From positions 1 through 15,966 of the forward strand of contig JAVYLZ010000013.1 of assembly GCA_038740245.1 (NCBI GenBank): a stretch of DNA of 15,966 bases, given 5' to 3'. Positions 15,951 to 15,966 of this stretch are shown here, piece by piece; the first letter of the stretch is position 1, and the number at the start of each line of letters is the position of its first letter. The translations under genes were made by a program, and so were the position numbers. Source of the stretch: Candidatus Micrarchaeia archaeon. GTDB lineage: Archaea; Micrarchaeota; Micrarchaeia; CAILAH01. The notes under the pieces are model-generated. The model did not search any database. It was given only the letters and a program-made list of their open reading frames with translations, and was not told the origin of the DNA.

Positions 15951-15957
15951 AAGGAGG
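15951..15957 (+). promoter_or_regulatory. Bacterial-type Shine-Dalgarno AAGGAGG for a gene beyond the window end
   Basis: Perfect AAGGAGG after an AT-rich spacer, unlike the GGTGA-type sites elsewhere in the window. Confidence 0.5.
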
Positions 15958-15966
15958 AAAAGAAAG

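Noticed and set aside
1..15966. tRNA, rRNA, CRISPR array, IS element or recoded stop codons
   Set aside because: Intergenic gaps are short (under about 100 nt) with no cloverleaf or repeat-spacer pattern seen by eye, no transposase or integrase motif appears, and the recognised genes are uninterrupted in the standard code. tRNAscan-SE or Infernal would be needed to exclude small RNAs formally.

Overview
Gene-dense, mostly mid-GC window with an archaeal signature. TATA-like boxes (TTTAAATA/TTTATATA) sit about 21-25 nt upstream of many start codons, GGTGA-type ribosome-binding sites occur, and the window encodes a Hef/FANCM-type helicase and an MCT-1/Tma20-like PUA protein. A DPANN lineage such as Micrarchaeota is plausible but not demonstrable from this sequence alone. 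Contents: two divergent hypothetical genes; a compact carotenoid operon (crtI-crtB-membrane lycopene cyclase); an ankyrin protein; a DUF2892 protein; a 174-aa hypothetical; a 51-aa gene missed by the ORF track; a nuclease-less Hef-like helicase with an N-terminal PIP-box-like motif; a divergent seryl-tRNA synthetase; a class III nucleotidyl cyclase with non-canonical base-specificity residues; a degenerate GNAT-like protein; a UvrD/PcrA helicase; a DUF5658-like membrane protein; a PUA protein; a CoA-binding protein; and a truncated Dus. From about 15385 onward the sequence switches abruptly to low-GC DNA encoding an internal bacterial EF-G-like fragment, then apparently a third unrelated segment. 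This tail is most likely an assembly or amplification chimera. No rRNA, tRNA, CRISPR array or mobile element was recognised.
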